IMG/VR virus record: IMGVR_UViG_3300045988_125802
DNA length: 64,000 nt
Origin: a virus
Direction: 5' to 3' (one strand)
The notes beneath the pieces were generated by a model. That model searched no databases. It was given only the letters and a program-made list of their open reading frames with translations, and was not told the DNA's origin. Position 1 is the stretch's first letter, and each line of letters opens with the position of its first letter. The translations under genes were made by a program, and so were the position numbers. Positions 17,279 to 27,192 of the stretch are shown piece after piece.

Positions 17279-18434
17279 TTATAAGCTGATTATCCCAGCA
17301 GAAGTGGAGAGAAAGATAAGATTTGCCTGCCAAAAGGTGTGGAGTACTGAATGGTCAGGTACACTATTCTTTACACATGAAGGTTCATTTGAAAATAATG
17401 ACCTTGTAATAAGATGTGTGGATATTTACATTATGGATATTGGTACTCAAGCCTATACAGAGTTTGATATGAATCCTGATGTGATAGCCTATATGTGTGA
17501 GAATCCTGAGCTACTTGATTGCCAAATAGGTCTTATACATTCCCATAACAATATGAGTACTTTCTTTAGTGGAACAGATACTGCTACTCTAAAGGAGGAA
17601 GGTAGGGATAGAAATAACTTTGTATCTCTCATTGTGAATAATGCAGGTACTTATACTGCTGCAATTACAAGGAGAGTTAAGTCAAAGCAGGTCAAAGAGT
17701 CTGTGTCTTATGAGTTCTTTGGTGATGGTGAAAAGCATGATACTAAGGAATATGTAAGTAGTGCAGATGAAATTGAATGGTTCTATCTTAAAATAGAGAA
17801 TGAAAATGAAACATTTTCATTCCCAGACATGGCAGCAAGACTTGAGGAAATCGAGCAAGCCAAAGCAGAAAGGGCAGAGAAAGCTAAGAAAGCTCGAACA
17901 CCTGTATATCAAGGTGGCTATAAACCTGTTATTGCTAATTCCTATGGTACAAAGGCAGGTCCAGCAAATCTTGTCAAGAAGGAAGCTGATAAGCCTAAGG
18001 TAGCTCAGCCAACTCTCTTTGATAATGCAGATGACTTGCCATTTGAAGAGGGGTATGACATACCTTATGGTCATGTATCATTTGATAAGGTTACTTTGAA
18101 ATCTCTTGTACTTCAATTGATTACAGGTAGTATTATCATTTCTAATGATAGTAAGATTGACATTACTAAATGGGCTAAGTCAATGCCTACACTGTATGAA
18201 AAGAGGTTTGGTAAAGGCAAAGCTGGTATGGATAATTTCAAGATATGGGCAGAGACCTATGCAGAGTATCTGACATGGTATATAACAGATGAGAAATTAG
18301 AAGAGCTTGGCTTTGATGAAACAGAAATTTGTGCTATTTGTGCCCATGATATGATAGAGGAGCTTACAAAACTCCCTGAAAATGATTATATCAAAGGGTA
18401 TATTGATGCACTTCAAAAGTATTTAGTATTATGA
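17217..18434 (+). CDS. JAB/MPN (JAMM) metalloprotease-domain protein with an unknown C-terminal domain of about 200 aa
   Basis: JAMM signature HSHNNMSTFFSGTD (HxHx7Sx2D, 17538-17579), with an upstream conserved Glu context (STEWSGTLFF). Confidence 0.7.
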   Translation: MEEVKQPTKVISLVQKSGTYNYKLIIPAEVERKIRFACQKVWSTEWSGTLFFTHEGSFENNDLVIRCVDIYIMDIGTQAYTEFDMNPDVIAYMCENPELLDCQIGLIHSHNNMSTFFSGTDTATLKEEGRDRNNFVSLIVNNAGTYTAAITRRVKSKQVKESVSYEFFGDGEKHDTKEYVSSADEIEWFYLKIENENETFSFPDMAARLEEIEQAKAERAEKAKKARTPVYQGGYKPVIANSYGTKAGPANLVKKEADKPKVAQPTLFDNADDLPFEEGYDIPYGHVSFDKVTLKSLVLQLITGSIIISNDSKIDITKWAKSMPTLYEKRFGKGKAGMDNFKIWAETYAEYLTWYITDEKLEELGFDETEICAICAHDMIEELTKLPENDYIKGYIDALQKYLVL

Positions 18435-19549
18435 GTGAAGAAGCAATTGAGGCATATAACTCTCTTATGGAGAGCCTCAATGAAGGTGATGTTCGTGAAT
18501 ATAATGAGGTGGGACATGCTGACCTTAGTACCTTCAACAGTGTCCTTAATAGTATTAGAATGGGTCTCATTACCTCTCTTTATGTTGTTGGTTTGGATGG
18601 TGTACCTAATACCTATAAAATTGTATATAGTAGCACTGAAGGTGTAACAGGTAGAATCTTTGTCAATGAACACTTCAAAAGTTTAATTGAAGAGGCTTGG
18701 GCTATAAGGATAGGTAACTCTGTAGAAGATGATGGTGACAGCATTAGCTTTGAACTTTCAGAGGAAGAACAGGCTATTCTTGACCAAGCTGTAGAAGATG
18801 CACACCAAGAGATACCTACAAACTCTGCAACTTTGCTTGTGGATGAAGCTACAAGTAGGTTTAGTTCTGCCATTTGGTATGAGAACATTCAGAAGAAGAC
18901 TGTCATTTTGGCAGGTGTAGGTGGCATTGGTAGTTATGTAGGCTTCTTATTGGCAAGAATGAAGCCAGCTTCCATGTTTATCTATGATGATGACATAGTG
19001 GAAACTGTCAATATGTCAGGTCAGTTATATGGTCAATCTGATTTAGGTAGACCTAAAGTATCTGCACTGGCTGAGATGATTAGAAACTATGCTGGCTATA
19101 GCAGTGTCTTTGCAATAAGGGAAAGATTCACTGATGAATCTGAGGCATCAGACATTATGATTTGTGGCTTTGATAACATGGCAGCAAGAAGACTCTTCTT
19201 TAATAAATGGGTAAATCATGTTCAATCCAAACCAGAGGAGGAAAGGAAGAATTGCCTGTTCATTGATGGTAGGTTGGCAGCAGAGGAGTTTCAGGTATTG
19301 TGTATCAAGGGAGATGATGAGTACAACATCAATAGGTACAATAATGAGTTCCTATTCTCTGATGCAGAAGCTGATGAAACTATCTGCTCCTATAAACAAA
19401 CTACCTTCTGTGCAAATATGATTGCATCTTATATGGTTAATTTGTTTGTAAACTTCTGTGCTAATCAATGTGAGCCTCTCATTGATAGAGACCTGCCATT
19501 CCTTACCACATATAATGCAGAAACAATGTATCTTAAAACTGAAGTATAA
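18431..19549 (+). CDS. E1/ThiF/MoeB-like adenylyltransferase with an extra N-terminal domain of about 150 aa
   Basis: Rossmann motif VILAGVGGIGSYVGFLLA (GVGGIGS at 18914-18934), followed by IYDDDIVETVNMSGQLY and GRPKVSAL. This matches the ThiF-family pattern GxGGxGS...DxDxVxxSNLxRQ...GxxK. ATGA-coupled to the JAB gene. Confidence 0.8.
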   Translation: MSEEAIEAYNSLMESLNEGDVREYNEVGHADLSTFNSVLNSIRMGLITSLYVVGLDGVPNTYKIVYSSTEGVTGRIFVNEHFKSLIEEAWAIRIGNSVEDDGDSISFELSEEEQAILDQAVEDAHQEIPTNSATLLVDEATSRFSSAIWYENIQKKTVILAGVGGIGSYVGFLLARMKPASMFIYDDDIVETVNMSGQLYGQSDLGRPKVSALAEMIRNYAGYSSVFAIRERFTDESEASDIMICGFDNMAARRLFFNKWVNHVQSKPEEERKNCLFIDGRLAAEEFQVLCIKGDDEYNINRYNNEFLFSDAEADETICSYKQTTFCANMIASYMVNLFVNFCANQCEPLIDRDLPFLTTYNAETMYLKTEV

Positions 19550-20319
19550 TGGAATTTAACCCAAGATTTGCATATAATGTAATGGGTGTTTTCAATAGCA
19601 GTGAGTCTGGTAATCCAGACCAGCTTGAAATGAATCTGTCTCTTGATAGTAACAATGTATTTAGAAGAAGCCTTGTCATTGAAGTAAACAATGATGAGGT
19701 AGAGATACCTGTGATTGCAAGAGAACACTTTGAGAAGCTGGTTTCAGACAATATGGCTTATCCCGCAATTATGGGAATCAAGAGGATAATATTGCCATTA
19801 TATGACAATGCACCAAGCCAAGAAAGAAGAACCTTTGATAGTATCATAGCTCAATTATTTACTAATGTAGGATATGGTAAAGGATTGCAGAAGATAACTA
19901 CCAATAAGGGTGAAGTGTATTATGGTGGTAAAGGTATCATCTTTGATGAGAGCTACACTCCATTACTATTATGTACATTAACTGCAAGAAGTGTACATAC
20001 TGAGGATAATGGTAATGCTATGGTCTATTACAGACCTGTATGCCATGTCAGTCCCAAAGTATTCTTAGAGTCTGATAAGTTGATTAATAAAGGCATCATC
20101 AAGAAATTGATTCCCTATTATACAAGTAGGGATATAAATTTCCCAAGAAACAATTACAGCTTCAGCAGTAATCCAGAGGACAGGAAAGTAAAGGTCATAG
20201 TAGATAATTTCAATAAGTTCTTTGTAGAACCTATTAAACCTACTCCATCTGCCTGCTCTAATGATGCACTGAATGAATGCCTTATTGACAATATTGATGA
20301 CATAATGATGTTGATATGA
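19549..20319 (+). CDS. Hypothetical protein (256 aa), last gene of the JAB/E1 cluster
   Basis: Start overlaps the E1 stop by 1 nt (TAATG). No motif recognised. Confidence 0.6.
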   Translation: MEFNPRFAYNVMGVFNSSESGNPDQLEMNLSLDSNNVFRRSLVIEVNNDEVEIPVIAREHFEKLVSDNMAYPAIMGIKRIILPLYDNAPSQERRTFDSIIAQLFTNVGYGKGLQKITTNKGEVYYGGKGIIFDESYTPLLLCTLTARSVHTEDNGNAMVYYRPVCHVSPKVFLESDKLINKGIIKKLIPYYTSRDINFPRNNYSFSSNPEDRKVKVIVDNFNKFFVEPIKPTPSACSNDALNECLIDNIDDIMMLI

Positions 20320-20993
20320 CATTAGATGAATACTTTGGAGATTGGATGAAGGTAATTGATAGGACAGAGCTTAATAATGTAATGGCTAAGGTTGGGCAAG
20401 AATACAGGAGGAAACCATTGTGTCCTGCCCAATCTGATGTATTCAGAGCATTTGAGCTTTGCCCTCTCAATGACTTGAAAGTAGTTATGTTAGGTCAAGA
20501 CCCCTATCCACAAAAGGAAGTGGCAACTGGAGTATTATTCGGGAATAGAAAGGAAGTTGATGAGGATAACTTATCTCCTTCATTAAATGTTGTTAAAGAG
20601 GCAGCAATTAATTTTGAAGTTCCACATTATTGTATTACCTTTGACAACTCTCTTGAGAGTTGGTCTAAACAAGGAATACTAATGATAAATTCTGCACTCA
20701 CTGTAGAAATGAATAGGATAGGTTCCCATGTGATGTTGTGGAGACCCTTCATAGCTAAATTGCTAAAGAACTTGTCTGAATATAATACAGCTATAGTATA
20801 TGTATTGTTTGGCAGGCAAGCCCAAACCTTCAAACCTTATATTAATGATAGGTTCAATCATATCATAGAGATTGAACATCCTGCATACTTTGCAAGGAGT
20901 GGTACTAAGATGCCACATCAGCTATTTGTTGATATAAGTAATAAGGTAAAAGAGATTTATGGTGTACCTATAAAATGGTACGAAGAGTATTAA
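20316..20993 (+). CDS. ung: Uracil-DNA glycosylase (family 1-like)
   Basis: VVMLGQDPYP (GQDPY water-activating loop), a LINSALT-type segment and a C-terminal EHPAYF (HPS-like) motif. Size 225 aa. Confidence 0.75.
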   Translation: MTLDEYFGDWMKVIDRTELNNVMAKVGQEYRRKPLCPAQSDVFRAFELCPLNDLKVVMLGQDPYPQKEVATGVLFGNRKEVDEDNLSPSLNVVKEAAINFEVPHYCITFDNSLESWSKQGILMINSALTVEMNRIGSHVMLWRPFIAKLLKNLSEYNTAIVYVLFGRQAQTFKPYINDRFNHIIEIEHPAYFARSGTKMPHQLFVDISNKVKEIYGVPIKWYEEY

Positions 20994-21010
20994 TACTAAA
21001 CAAAAAAAAA

Positions 21011-21565
21011 ATGGAAAAGATTTATTTGACAAATGGTAAGGAAGTACAGATTGGAGACACTTTGACTAAAGTATCTAAGGTAGTAGACCCTTTCTTTGGT
21101 GAGGGTACTGTAGTTCAGCACATTGTGGTAACTAAGGACATTCTTCCTAAGCTCCTTGAGGCTGGCATTGTTACTACTACCAAGCCTGCAAAGTCTGCTG
21201 TGGTTGAATCTGAGGTTCCTATGGAGCTGGAGTACTACATTCAGAAGATTGCAGAGAAACTTGGTTGGAAGATTGAGAAGGTCTATAACTATCTCAATAG
21301 TGTAGATACTATTCTTCCTGCTGCTGCATTCTCTATGGTACTTAGAGAAGTAGCCATTGAGTTGGACAAGAAGTATGAGGACCATATTGAGAAGAGTCCT
21401 GAGATTTATGTAATCTCTATGCTTGATGGTAGAATCACTAAGGCTAACAAAGCCCACATCAAGAACTATAGGAACTTCGCAGCATTTAGATCTATAAATG
21501 ATGCTAAAATTGCTTGCAGAATCACTAAAGACCTACTTAAAAGATTATTCAAGAGTGACAAATAA
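21011..21565 (+). CDS. Hypothetical protein (about 184 aa)
   Basis: I prefer the ATG at 21011, directly after an A-run (21002-21010; A10 counting the A of the ATG), in frame with the track ORF 20975..21565. Confidence 0.55.
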   Translation: MEKIYLTNGKEVQIGDTLTKVSKVVDPFFGEGTVVQHIVVTKDILPKLLEAGIVTTTKPAKSAVVESEVPMELEYYIQKIAEKLGWKIEKVYNYLNSVDTILPAAAFSMVLREVAIELDKKYEDHIEKSPEIYVISMLDGRITKANKAHIKNYRNFAAFRSINDAKIACRITKDLLKRLFKSDK

Positions 21566-22043
21566 GAAAATTAGGAATGCCACTATATGTACTGCCAAGA
21601 ATGTAACTTTTAAAAGTGTATTAGAGAAGTCATGCTTTACTTATCTTGAAGAGCAAGGATTTATGCCTGAATATGAACCAAGAAAGTTTACTATCTTTCC
21701 TTCCTTTATTCCCATAACTCCCTTTTATGATAAAGAGACTGATGTACAACAGAAGAAAAGAGTTGAATCTCTAGGCGGGCAAAGAGGCAAAGAGCTTAGG
21801 TTATGTGATAAGTCAGTTCCACCAATTACATATACCCCAGATATATATATAAGGTATAATAATTTGGATATTTGGATAGAGTGTAAAGGATTCGCTAATG
21901 ATGTGTTTCCTTATAAGAAAAAGATGTTTAGGAAGTTGCTTGATGACATATATATAAAAACAGGACAAAAAAGTATGTATTTTGAAATATATTCCAAGAA
22001 GCAGCTTTTACAGGCTATAGAAATTATCAAAGGTCATGGATAG
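21498..22043 (+). CDS. PD-(D/E)XK-fold nuclease (TnsA/endonuclease-like); start uncertain
   Basis: SVLEKSCFTYLEEQG...YTPDIYI...DIWIECKG fits the D...(D/E)xK restriction-endonuclease-like core. A GTG at 21555 is an alternative start with less overlap. Confidence 0.5.
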   Translation: MMLKLLAESLKTYLKDYSRVTNKKIRNATICTAKNVTFKSVLEKSCFTYLEEQGFMPEYEPRKFTIFPSFIPITPFYDKETDVQQKKRVESLGGQRGKELRLCDKSVPPITYTPDIYIRYNNLDIWIECKGFANDVFPYKKKMFRKLLDDIYIKTGQKSMYFEIYSKKQLLQAIEIIKGHG

Positions 22044-22350
22044 TAAAGAACCAGTAAGCAGAATAAGAGCCTTAATTCCTTCATTACCTGAAGGAGATAT
22101 AGAGCTTGCATATAAATTCTTGAATGATAGAGATTTTGGCTCTCTCCAACTCTTGATTAATTCATCTCTTGTTAGAGTAAAAAAGGGCCTCAATAGAGAG
22201 AATCCTAGAGAGGAATATCTAAAAGCAGACCTTGGAGGGATGGAAAAACTTAAGTTGGAGATAGATCTCTATTGTGAGGTATTTGAATTACCAGAACAAG
22301 ATGGATGTGATGGTTTTAGTAGTGAAGAATATAATCAAGATTATTATTGA
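22036..22350 (+). CDS. Hypothetical protein (104 aa)
   Basis: ORF overlapping its neighbours by a few nt. No motif recognised. Confidence 0.5.
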   Translation: MDSKEPVSRIRALIPSLPEGDIELAYKFLNDRDFGSLQLLINSSLVRVKKGLNRENPREEYLKADLGGMEKLKLEIDLYCEVFELPEQDGCDGFSSEEYNQDYY

Positions 22351-23399
22351 TGGAAAGAAAATCTTTGAAAAGTATATCTTGGGATGTTCCTGAAGAAATA
22401 TATAGGATAGATCCTGCACTAAGCTACTCGATCCTCGCAAAATATGAAAGAGAGGGATTTAATAACTTAGATAAACTATTTGACAAGTTAGAGACACCTT
22501 CTCTTACCTTTGGTAGTGCTGTAGATAGTATTATCACAGGTGGTCAGGAAGAGTTTAAGAAAAAGTTTATAGTTGCTGAGTTTTCTTCTACTCCAGACTC
22601 TATTATAAAGATAGTAAAATCTTTGTTCAGTCAGTATGGAAATTCTTATAGGAGCCTTATTATGATTCCTGATGATGCAATTATTAAGGAGACTGAACAT
22701 CAGAGTTATCAGATGAACTGGAGACCTGAAACAAGGGCTAGGGCTATCAAGGAGAAAGGAGCTGACTACTATAATCTGTTATTTATAGCAGACGGTAAGA
22801 CTATACTTGATACTCAGACTTATCAAGATGTATGCAATGCAGTAAGAACATTGAAAGAGAGTAAATCCACTCAGTTCTACTTTGCAGAGGATAATCCATT
22901 TGAACCAGATATTGAGAGATTCTATCAGTTAAAGTTCAAAGGAGAGTTTAATGGTGTAAAGTATAGAAATATGGCTGACTTAATCATAGTCAATCATAAA
23001 GAGAAGTGGGTAAGGCCAGTAGATTTGAAAACAAGTTCCCATACAGAGTGGGATTTCTATAAATCCTTTGTAGATTGGAGATATGATATTCAAGCCAGAC
23101 TATATTGGGCTATTATAAGGCAGAATATGGATAAGGATGAGTGCTTCAAAGACTTCAAGCTGCTTGACTATGATTTTATTGTAGTCAATAGGAGAATCCT
23201 TGTCCCATTGGTGTGGACTTGTCCATTTACACAGGCAGTAGGTACATTGAAATTTGGAAAGAATGACCAAATAGAAATGAGAAGTCCTTTTGTGATAGGA
23301 GAAGAGCTTTCTTCTTATCTCACTTCCAGACCAAAGGTGCCTATGGGAATTAGTGAAACTGGCCCTAATGATTTAAGAGAATGGTTAAATACATTGTAA
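22347..23399 (+). CDS. PD-(D/E)XK nuclease (RecB/Cas4/lambda-exonuclease-like)
   Basis: MADLIIVNHKEKWVRPVDLKTSSH matches the D...(D/E)-x-K (iiDyKTg-like) motif of RecB-family nucleases. Confidence 0.55.
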   Translation: MMERKSLKSISWDVPEEIYRIDPALSYSILAKYEREGFNNLDKLFDKLETPSLTFGSAVDSIITGGQEEFKKKFIVAEFSSTPDSIIKIVKSLFSQYGNSYRSLIMIPDDAIIKETEHQSYQMNWRPETRARAIKEKGADYYNLLFIADGKTILDTQTYQDVCNAVRTLKESKSTQFYFAEDNPFEPDIERFYQLKFKGEFNGVKYRNMADLIIVNHKEKWVRPVDLKTSSHTEWDFYKSFVDWRYDIQARLYWAIIRQNMDKDECFKDFKLLDYDFIVVNRRILVPLVWTCPFTQAVGTLKFGKNDQIEMRSPFVIGEELSSYLTSRPKVPMGISETGPNDLREWLNTL

Positions 23400-23400
23400 T

Positions 23401-24467
23401 ATGCAAGTAGTAAAAAGAGATGGCAGTATAGAGGAATTTAATGTTGATAAGATTATAAGTGCTGTAGAAAAAGCCTTTAAGTCTTGCAACAAGAAAATGC
23501 CTCAGTATCTGTATGATATGCTGGGTGCTTTATTTGGCACTTTGGAAGGAGATACTATAGGTATTGAGGAGATACAAAATAAGGTTGAGGATGTTCTTAT
23601 GAATGATAAACACTTTGATGTAGCAAAGAGGTATATCATTTATAGGGAACAGCATAAGCAGGCAAGATTCATTAGGGAAAGAATTGACTATATGAATGAG
23701 TATAGTCAATCCAATGAGAATGCAGCTACTTCATCAGAGACAGATGCTAATGCAAATGTAACTATGAAAAATGTTGCCAACCTTGAGGGTGAAGTGTATA
23801 AGACTACTAATAGGGTTATTCAGAGGCAAAGAATGAAAGACAAGCTGAATGAAATGTACCCTGAAGTAGCCAAGAAGTATGAAGAGGATTTGAACTCTCA
23901 TGTCATTTATACACATGATGAAGCAACTACTCCTGTCTTGAAGCAGTATTGTATGGCTGTGAGTCTATATCCTCTTATGATTGAGGGAGTAGGAAACATT
24001 GATGGCATCACTCCTAATCCACCTAATGATTTACAGTCATTTAGTGGTCAAGTAACCAATCTTATCTTCTTATTATCTTCACAGTGTAAAGGTGCAGTAG
24101 CAGTAGGTGAATACTTTATTGCTCTCAACTATTATATTGTGCAGGAATTTGGAGTTAATTGGTATGAGAAACTGGATGTGATAACTACTACAGGATATTG
24201 TATCAAGCAGAGGACTATCAGAGATGCTATATATAAAGCATTCAAGCAGTTTATTTATGGTATAAACCAGCCTGCTGGTAATAGGTCATATCAAAGCCCA
24301 TTTACTAATGTGTCTTATTATGATCACACCTATTTTGATTCACTATTTGGAGAGTTCTACTATCCTGATGGTACTAAACCTCAATGGGAAGCGGTAGACT
24401 GTCTACAAAGGCTGTTTATGAAGTTCTTTAATAAGCTGAGAACTAAACAGATTCTTACATTCCCCGT
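23401..24467 (+). CDS. nrdD: Anaerobic ribonucleoside-triphosphate reductase NrdD, exon 1 (ATP-cone plus N-terminal barrel half)
   Basis: ATP-cone start VVKRDGSIEEFNVDKIISAVEKA. The frame closes shortly after ...ILTFPV. Exon end CCGT (24464-24467) can pair with GCGG (24478-24481) as P1. Confidence 0.85.
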
Positions 24468-25302
24468 AAATTATTCTGCGGCTTAACAGAGTAATCTGTT
24501 ATGAAAACCTCTTTAACTGCTGAAAAATCCTAGTATAAGATTTGGAAATGTTAGAAATATTTTTCAACTTTATAGGACAATTAGCAACTAAGATTATGCA
24601 AAATGAAGTTTGGAAAGAGATAAGTGGATATGAGGGTTACTTTGAAGTAAGTAACCTTGGTAATTTCAGAAGTAAGGATAGGATCATTAGGTATAAAACT
24701 AATGGAACTAGATTATATCCTGGAAAACCCTTAAAGACGGAAACTATAGTAGAAGGTTACCAAAGGATAGTACTTATGAAAGAAGCTATAAAGAAGAGAC
24801 ACATGTGTCACAGACTTGTAGCTCAAGAATTTGTACCTAATCCCAATAATAAGCCCTATGTAAACCATATCAATGGTAATAAAGCTGATAATAGAGCTGA
24901 AAACCTTGAATGGGTAACTCAATCAGAAAATGAATTACATTCTCATAATGTTCTTGGAAACACCATGAGGGGTAAAACATATCCTAAGAAAGTAATAGCA
25001 ACTTTTCCTAATGGAGGAGATAAAGTAATATTTGACTCTATGAGTGATGCTATCAAGTTCTTAGGAGCTGGCTGTATTGAAGGGCTTAAGAAAGCTATAT
25101 CTGCTAATAGAGTTTATCATGATTTCAAATGGGAATTTGCATAATAAAGTTCAACGACTATTCCGAAAGGAAGTACACCTAAGTAGGTGGAAATGGGAGG
25201 AATCCTAGAAATAGGATTGTGATATAGTCTGAACTGCATAGTAATATGCAGAAGTTCATAAGAGAACTGCATAGAATTAACGACTCTATGTGAACACATT
25301 TG
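24468..25302 (+). mobile_element. Group I intron in nrdD carrying an HNH endonuclease ORF (boundaries approximate)
   Basis: R-like AAGTTCAACGACTA (about 25148-25161). S-like GATATAGTCTGAAC (about 25221-25234). P1 pairing at the 5' splice site. G at 25302 precedes in-frame ETMAMVYD, which would join as FPV-ETMAMVYD. Confidence 0.7.
24596..25144 (+). CDS. HNH homing endonuclease, NUMOD4-like N-terminus (intron-encoded)
   Basis: MQNEVWKEISGYEGYFEVSNLGNFRS; HRLVAQEF...VNHINGNKADNRAENLEW. The track starts at a TTG (24542); I prefer the ATG at 24596. Confidence 0.8.
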   Translation: MQNEVWKEISGYEGYFEVSNLGNFRSKDRIIRYKTNGTRLYPGKPLKTETIVEGYQRIVLMKEAIKKRHMCHRLVAQEFVPNPNNKPYVNHINGNKADNRAENLEWVTQSENELHSHNVLGNTMRGKTYPKKVIATFPNGGDKVIFDSMSDAIKFLGAGCIEGLKKAISANRVYHDFKWEFA

Positions 25303-26401
25303 GGAAACAATGGCCATGGTGTATGACCCTAAGACCAGTGATATTATAGATAAAGACTATAAGGATTTTACTGCTGAAATGTATGCAGAAGGACATAGTT
25401 TCTTTACTTATATCTCAGATAGTGCTGACAGCCTTGCATCCTGCTGTAGATTGAGAAATGAGCTTGCAGAGAATACCTTTAACCCTACATCAGGATTGAC
25501 TGGGGTTATGACTGGTAGCTGTAATGTTATTACTCTTAATATCAATAGAATTGTTCAAGACTGTGTGAAAAAAGAACATCTCGGAAGCAAAAAATCCCAA
25601 TGGAGTGATGAAGATATTATAATTCTTAAAGAGTACTTGATAGATATTCTTGGAAGGGTTTATAAGTATCATATTGCTTTCAAGACTATGCTTTATGAAA
25701 TGGAGGATATAGGAATGTTTGCAGCTTCTAATGGTGGTTATATCCATATTAGCAAGTTGTATAGTACAATAGGAATCAATGGGCTAAATGAGGCTGCAAG
25801 GTTCTTAGGTATGACTGTTAGCAACAATAGAGATTATATTGAGTTTTTGCAGTTGATCCTTGGTACTATTAAGGAACAGAATAAATTGCACTCTATTCAT
25901 GATAAGAAGAGGCCATTCTTGTTTAATTCTGAGGTAGTTCCTGCTGAAGGATTAGGAGGTAAAAACTATAGATGGGATTTGGAAGATGGATATGTAGTTC
26001 CAGAGGATGAGAATTTATATAATTCATACTTTTATAATGCACATGATGACACCTCAGTACTTGATAAGTTTATACTTCATGGAAGACAGACTTATCAATA
26101 TACTGATGGGGGTAGTGCAGCCCATATCAATCTTGAAGACCACCTTAGTAAGGAACAATATCTCAAGCTGATAGACTTTGCAATAGCTAATGGAACCAAC
26201 TACTTCACATTTAATATTCCTAATAGTAAGTGTGATGACTGTGGCTACATTACTAAGCATCCTATCACTGAATGCCCAAAGTGCCATAGTAAGAATATCA
26301 CTCAATATACAAGAGTGATTGGCTATCTCAGACCTATCAAATCATTTGGCAAAGACAGGCAGATTGAAGCTAACAAAAGAGTTTATAGTAAAGGTGTATA
26401 A
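25303..26401 (+). CDS. nrdD: NrdD, exon 2 (C-terminal half with zinc ribbon and glycyl-radical loop)
   Basis: CDDCGY...CPKCHS zinc ribbon followed by TRVIGYLRPIKSFGKDRQIEANKRV, the class III RNR glycyl-radical region (RVxGY). Confidence 0.85.
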
Positions 26402-26438
26402 TTTGTCCTTAAGATTTTGTTATTTGCATTATTTTTAG

Positions 26439-26446
26439 TACCTTTG
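26439..26446 (+). promoter_or_regulatory. Candidate Bacteroidota-type promoter -7 box (TAccTTTG), with TTTG at 26416-26419 as a -33-like element
   Basis: Matches TAnnTTTG. TTTG lies 19 nt upstream. The ATG at 26464 is 18 nt downstream. Confidence 0.45.
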
Positions 26447-26463
26447 CATCAAAATAATTTAGT

Positions 26464-27192
26464 ATGGAAGATAAAATTTTACAAAGTTGTGGTGATGTCT
26501 TGGTAATAGAAGGTAAATCAACAAAGAAAGTAAGGAATAGGTACTATTACACAGGACATTTTGAGGGATATACCAGAAGGCTATATTTTAGATTAGATAG
26601 TGCCCAATATGGTAATGTCTCTAATCCAGATAAGAGAGATGAATATGGATTTATCTGTGATGAGTCTATTACTGATAAGCATATTTATAATGTTTGGAAG
26701 AATATGGAGAGGAGATGTTATGACCCTAAATGTCCTGCTTACAGTACTTATGGAGCTAAGGGGATAATAGTATCAGAAGAGTTCAAGATATATTCAAATT
26801 TTAGGAGATGGTATGAAGAAAATGGAGATAGTAGTCATAGTCTCGAAATAGATAAAGATTGCAAGCCTCTTATACTGAATATTCCTAAAATATACTCCTC
26901 TAATACCTGCATCCTCTTACCTCCAGAAATTAACACTTTTATTTCAACTATAGGTAAGGGTATTTATCTTACTTCTCATAATACATATTGTGTTAGGTTG
27001 AGAAGAAGATTTGCTAAGGTTAATAGAAATTTCAAAACTTTGGAAGAAGCAATTGCTTATAAAAAGGATAAAGATATGGAGTATCTTAATATCTTGGTAG
27101 AAAAATATCCTCTATCTGTAGATAATCTTAACATAGTTAAAAAGTATGTTGAAATATTTGAATACTCAAGTGACATTTGCAGAAGTGCCTGA
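26464..27192 (+). CDS. Homing-endonuclease-like protein related to the 10848 HNH ORF (free-standing between nrdD and nrdG)
   Basis: YNVWKNMERRCYDPKCPAYSTYGAKGIIVSEEF..FRRW parallels YRIWKAMRSRCNAP...CCRRWDSFANF of ORF 10848. A degenerate LEIDKD replaces IDRIDN. Confidence 0.45.
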   Translation: MEDKILQSCGDVLVIEGKSTKKVRNRYYYTGHFEGYTRRLYFRLDSAQYGNVSNPDKRDEYGFICDESITDKHIYNVWKNMERRCYDPKCPAYSTYGAKGIIVSEEFKIYSNFRRWYEENGDSSHSLEIDKDCKPLILNIPKIYSSNTCILLPPEINTFISTIGKGIYLTSHNTYCVRLRRRFAKVNRNFKTLEEAIAYKKDKDMEYLNILVEKYPLSVDNLNIVKKYVEIFEYSSDICRSA

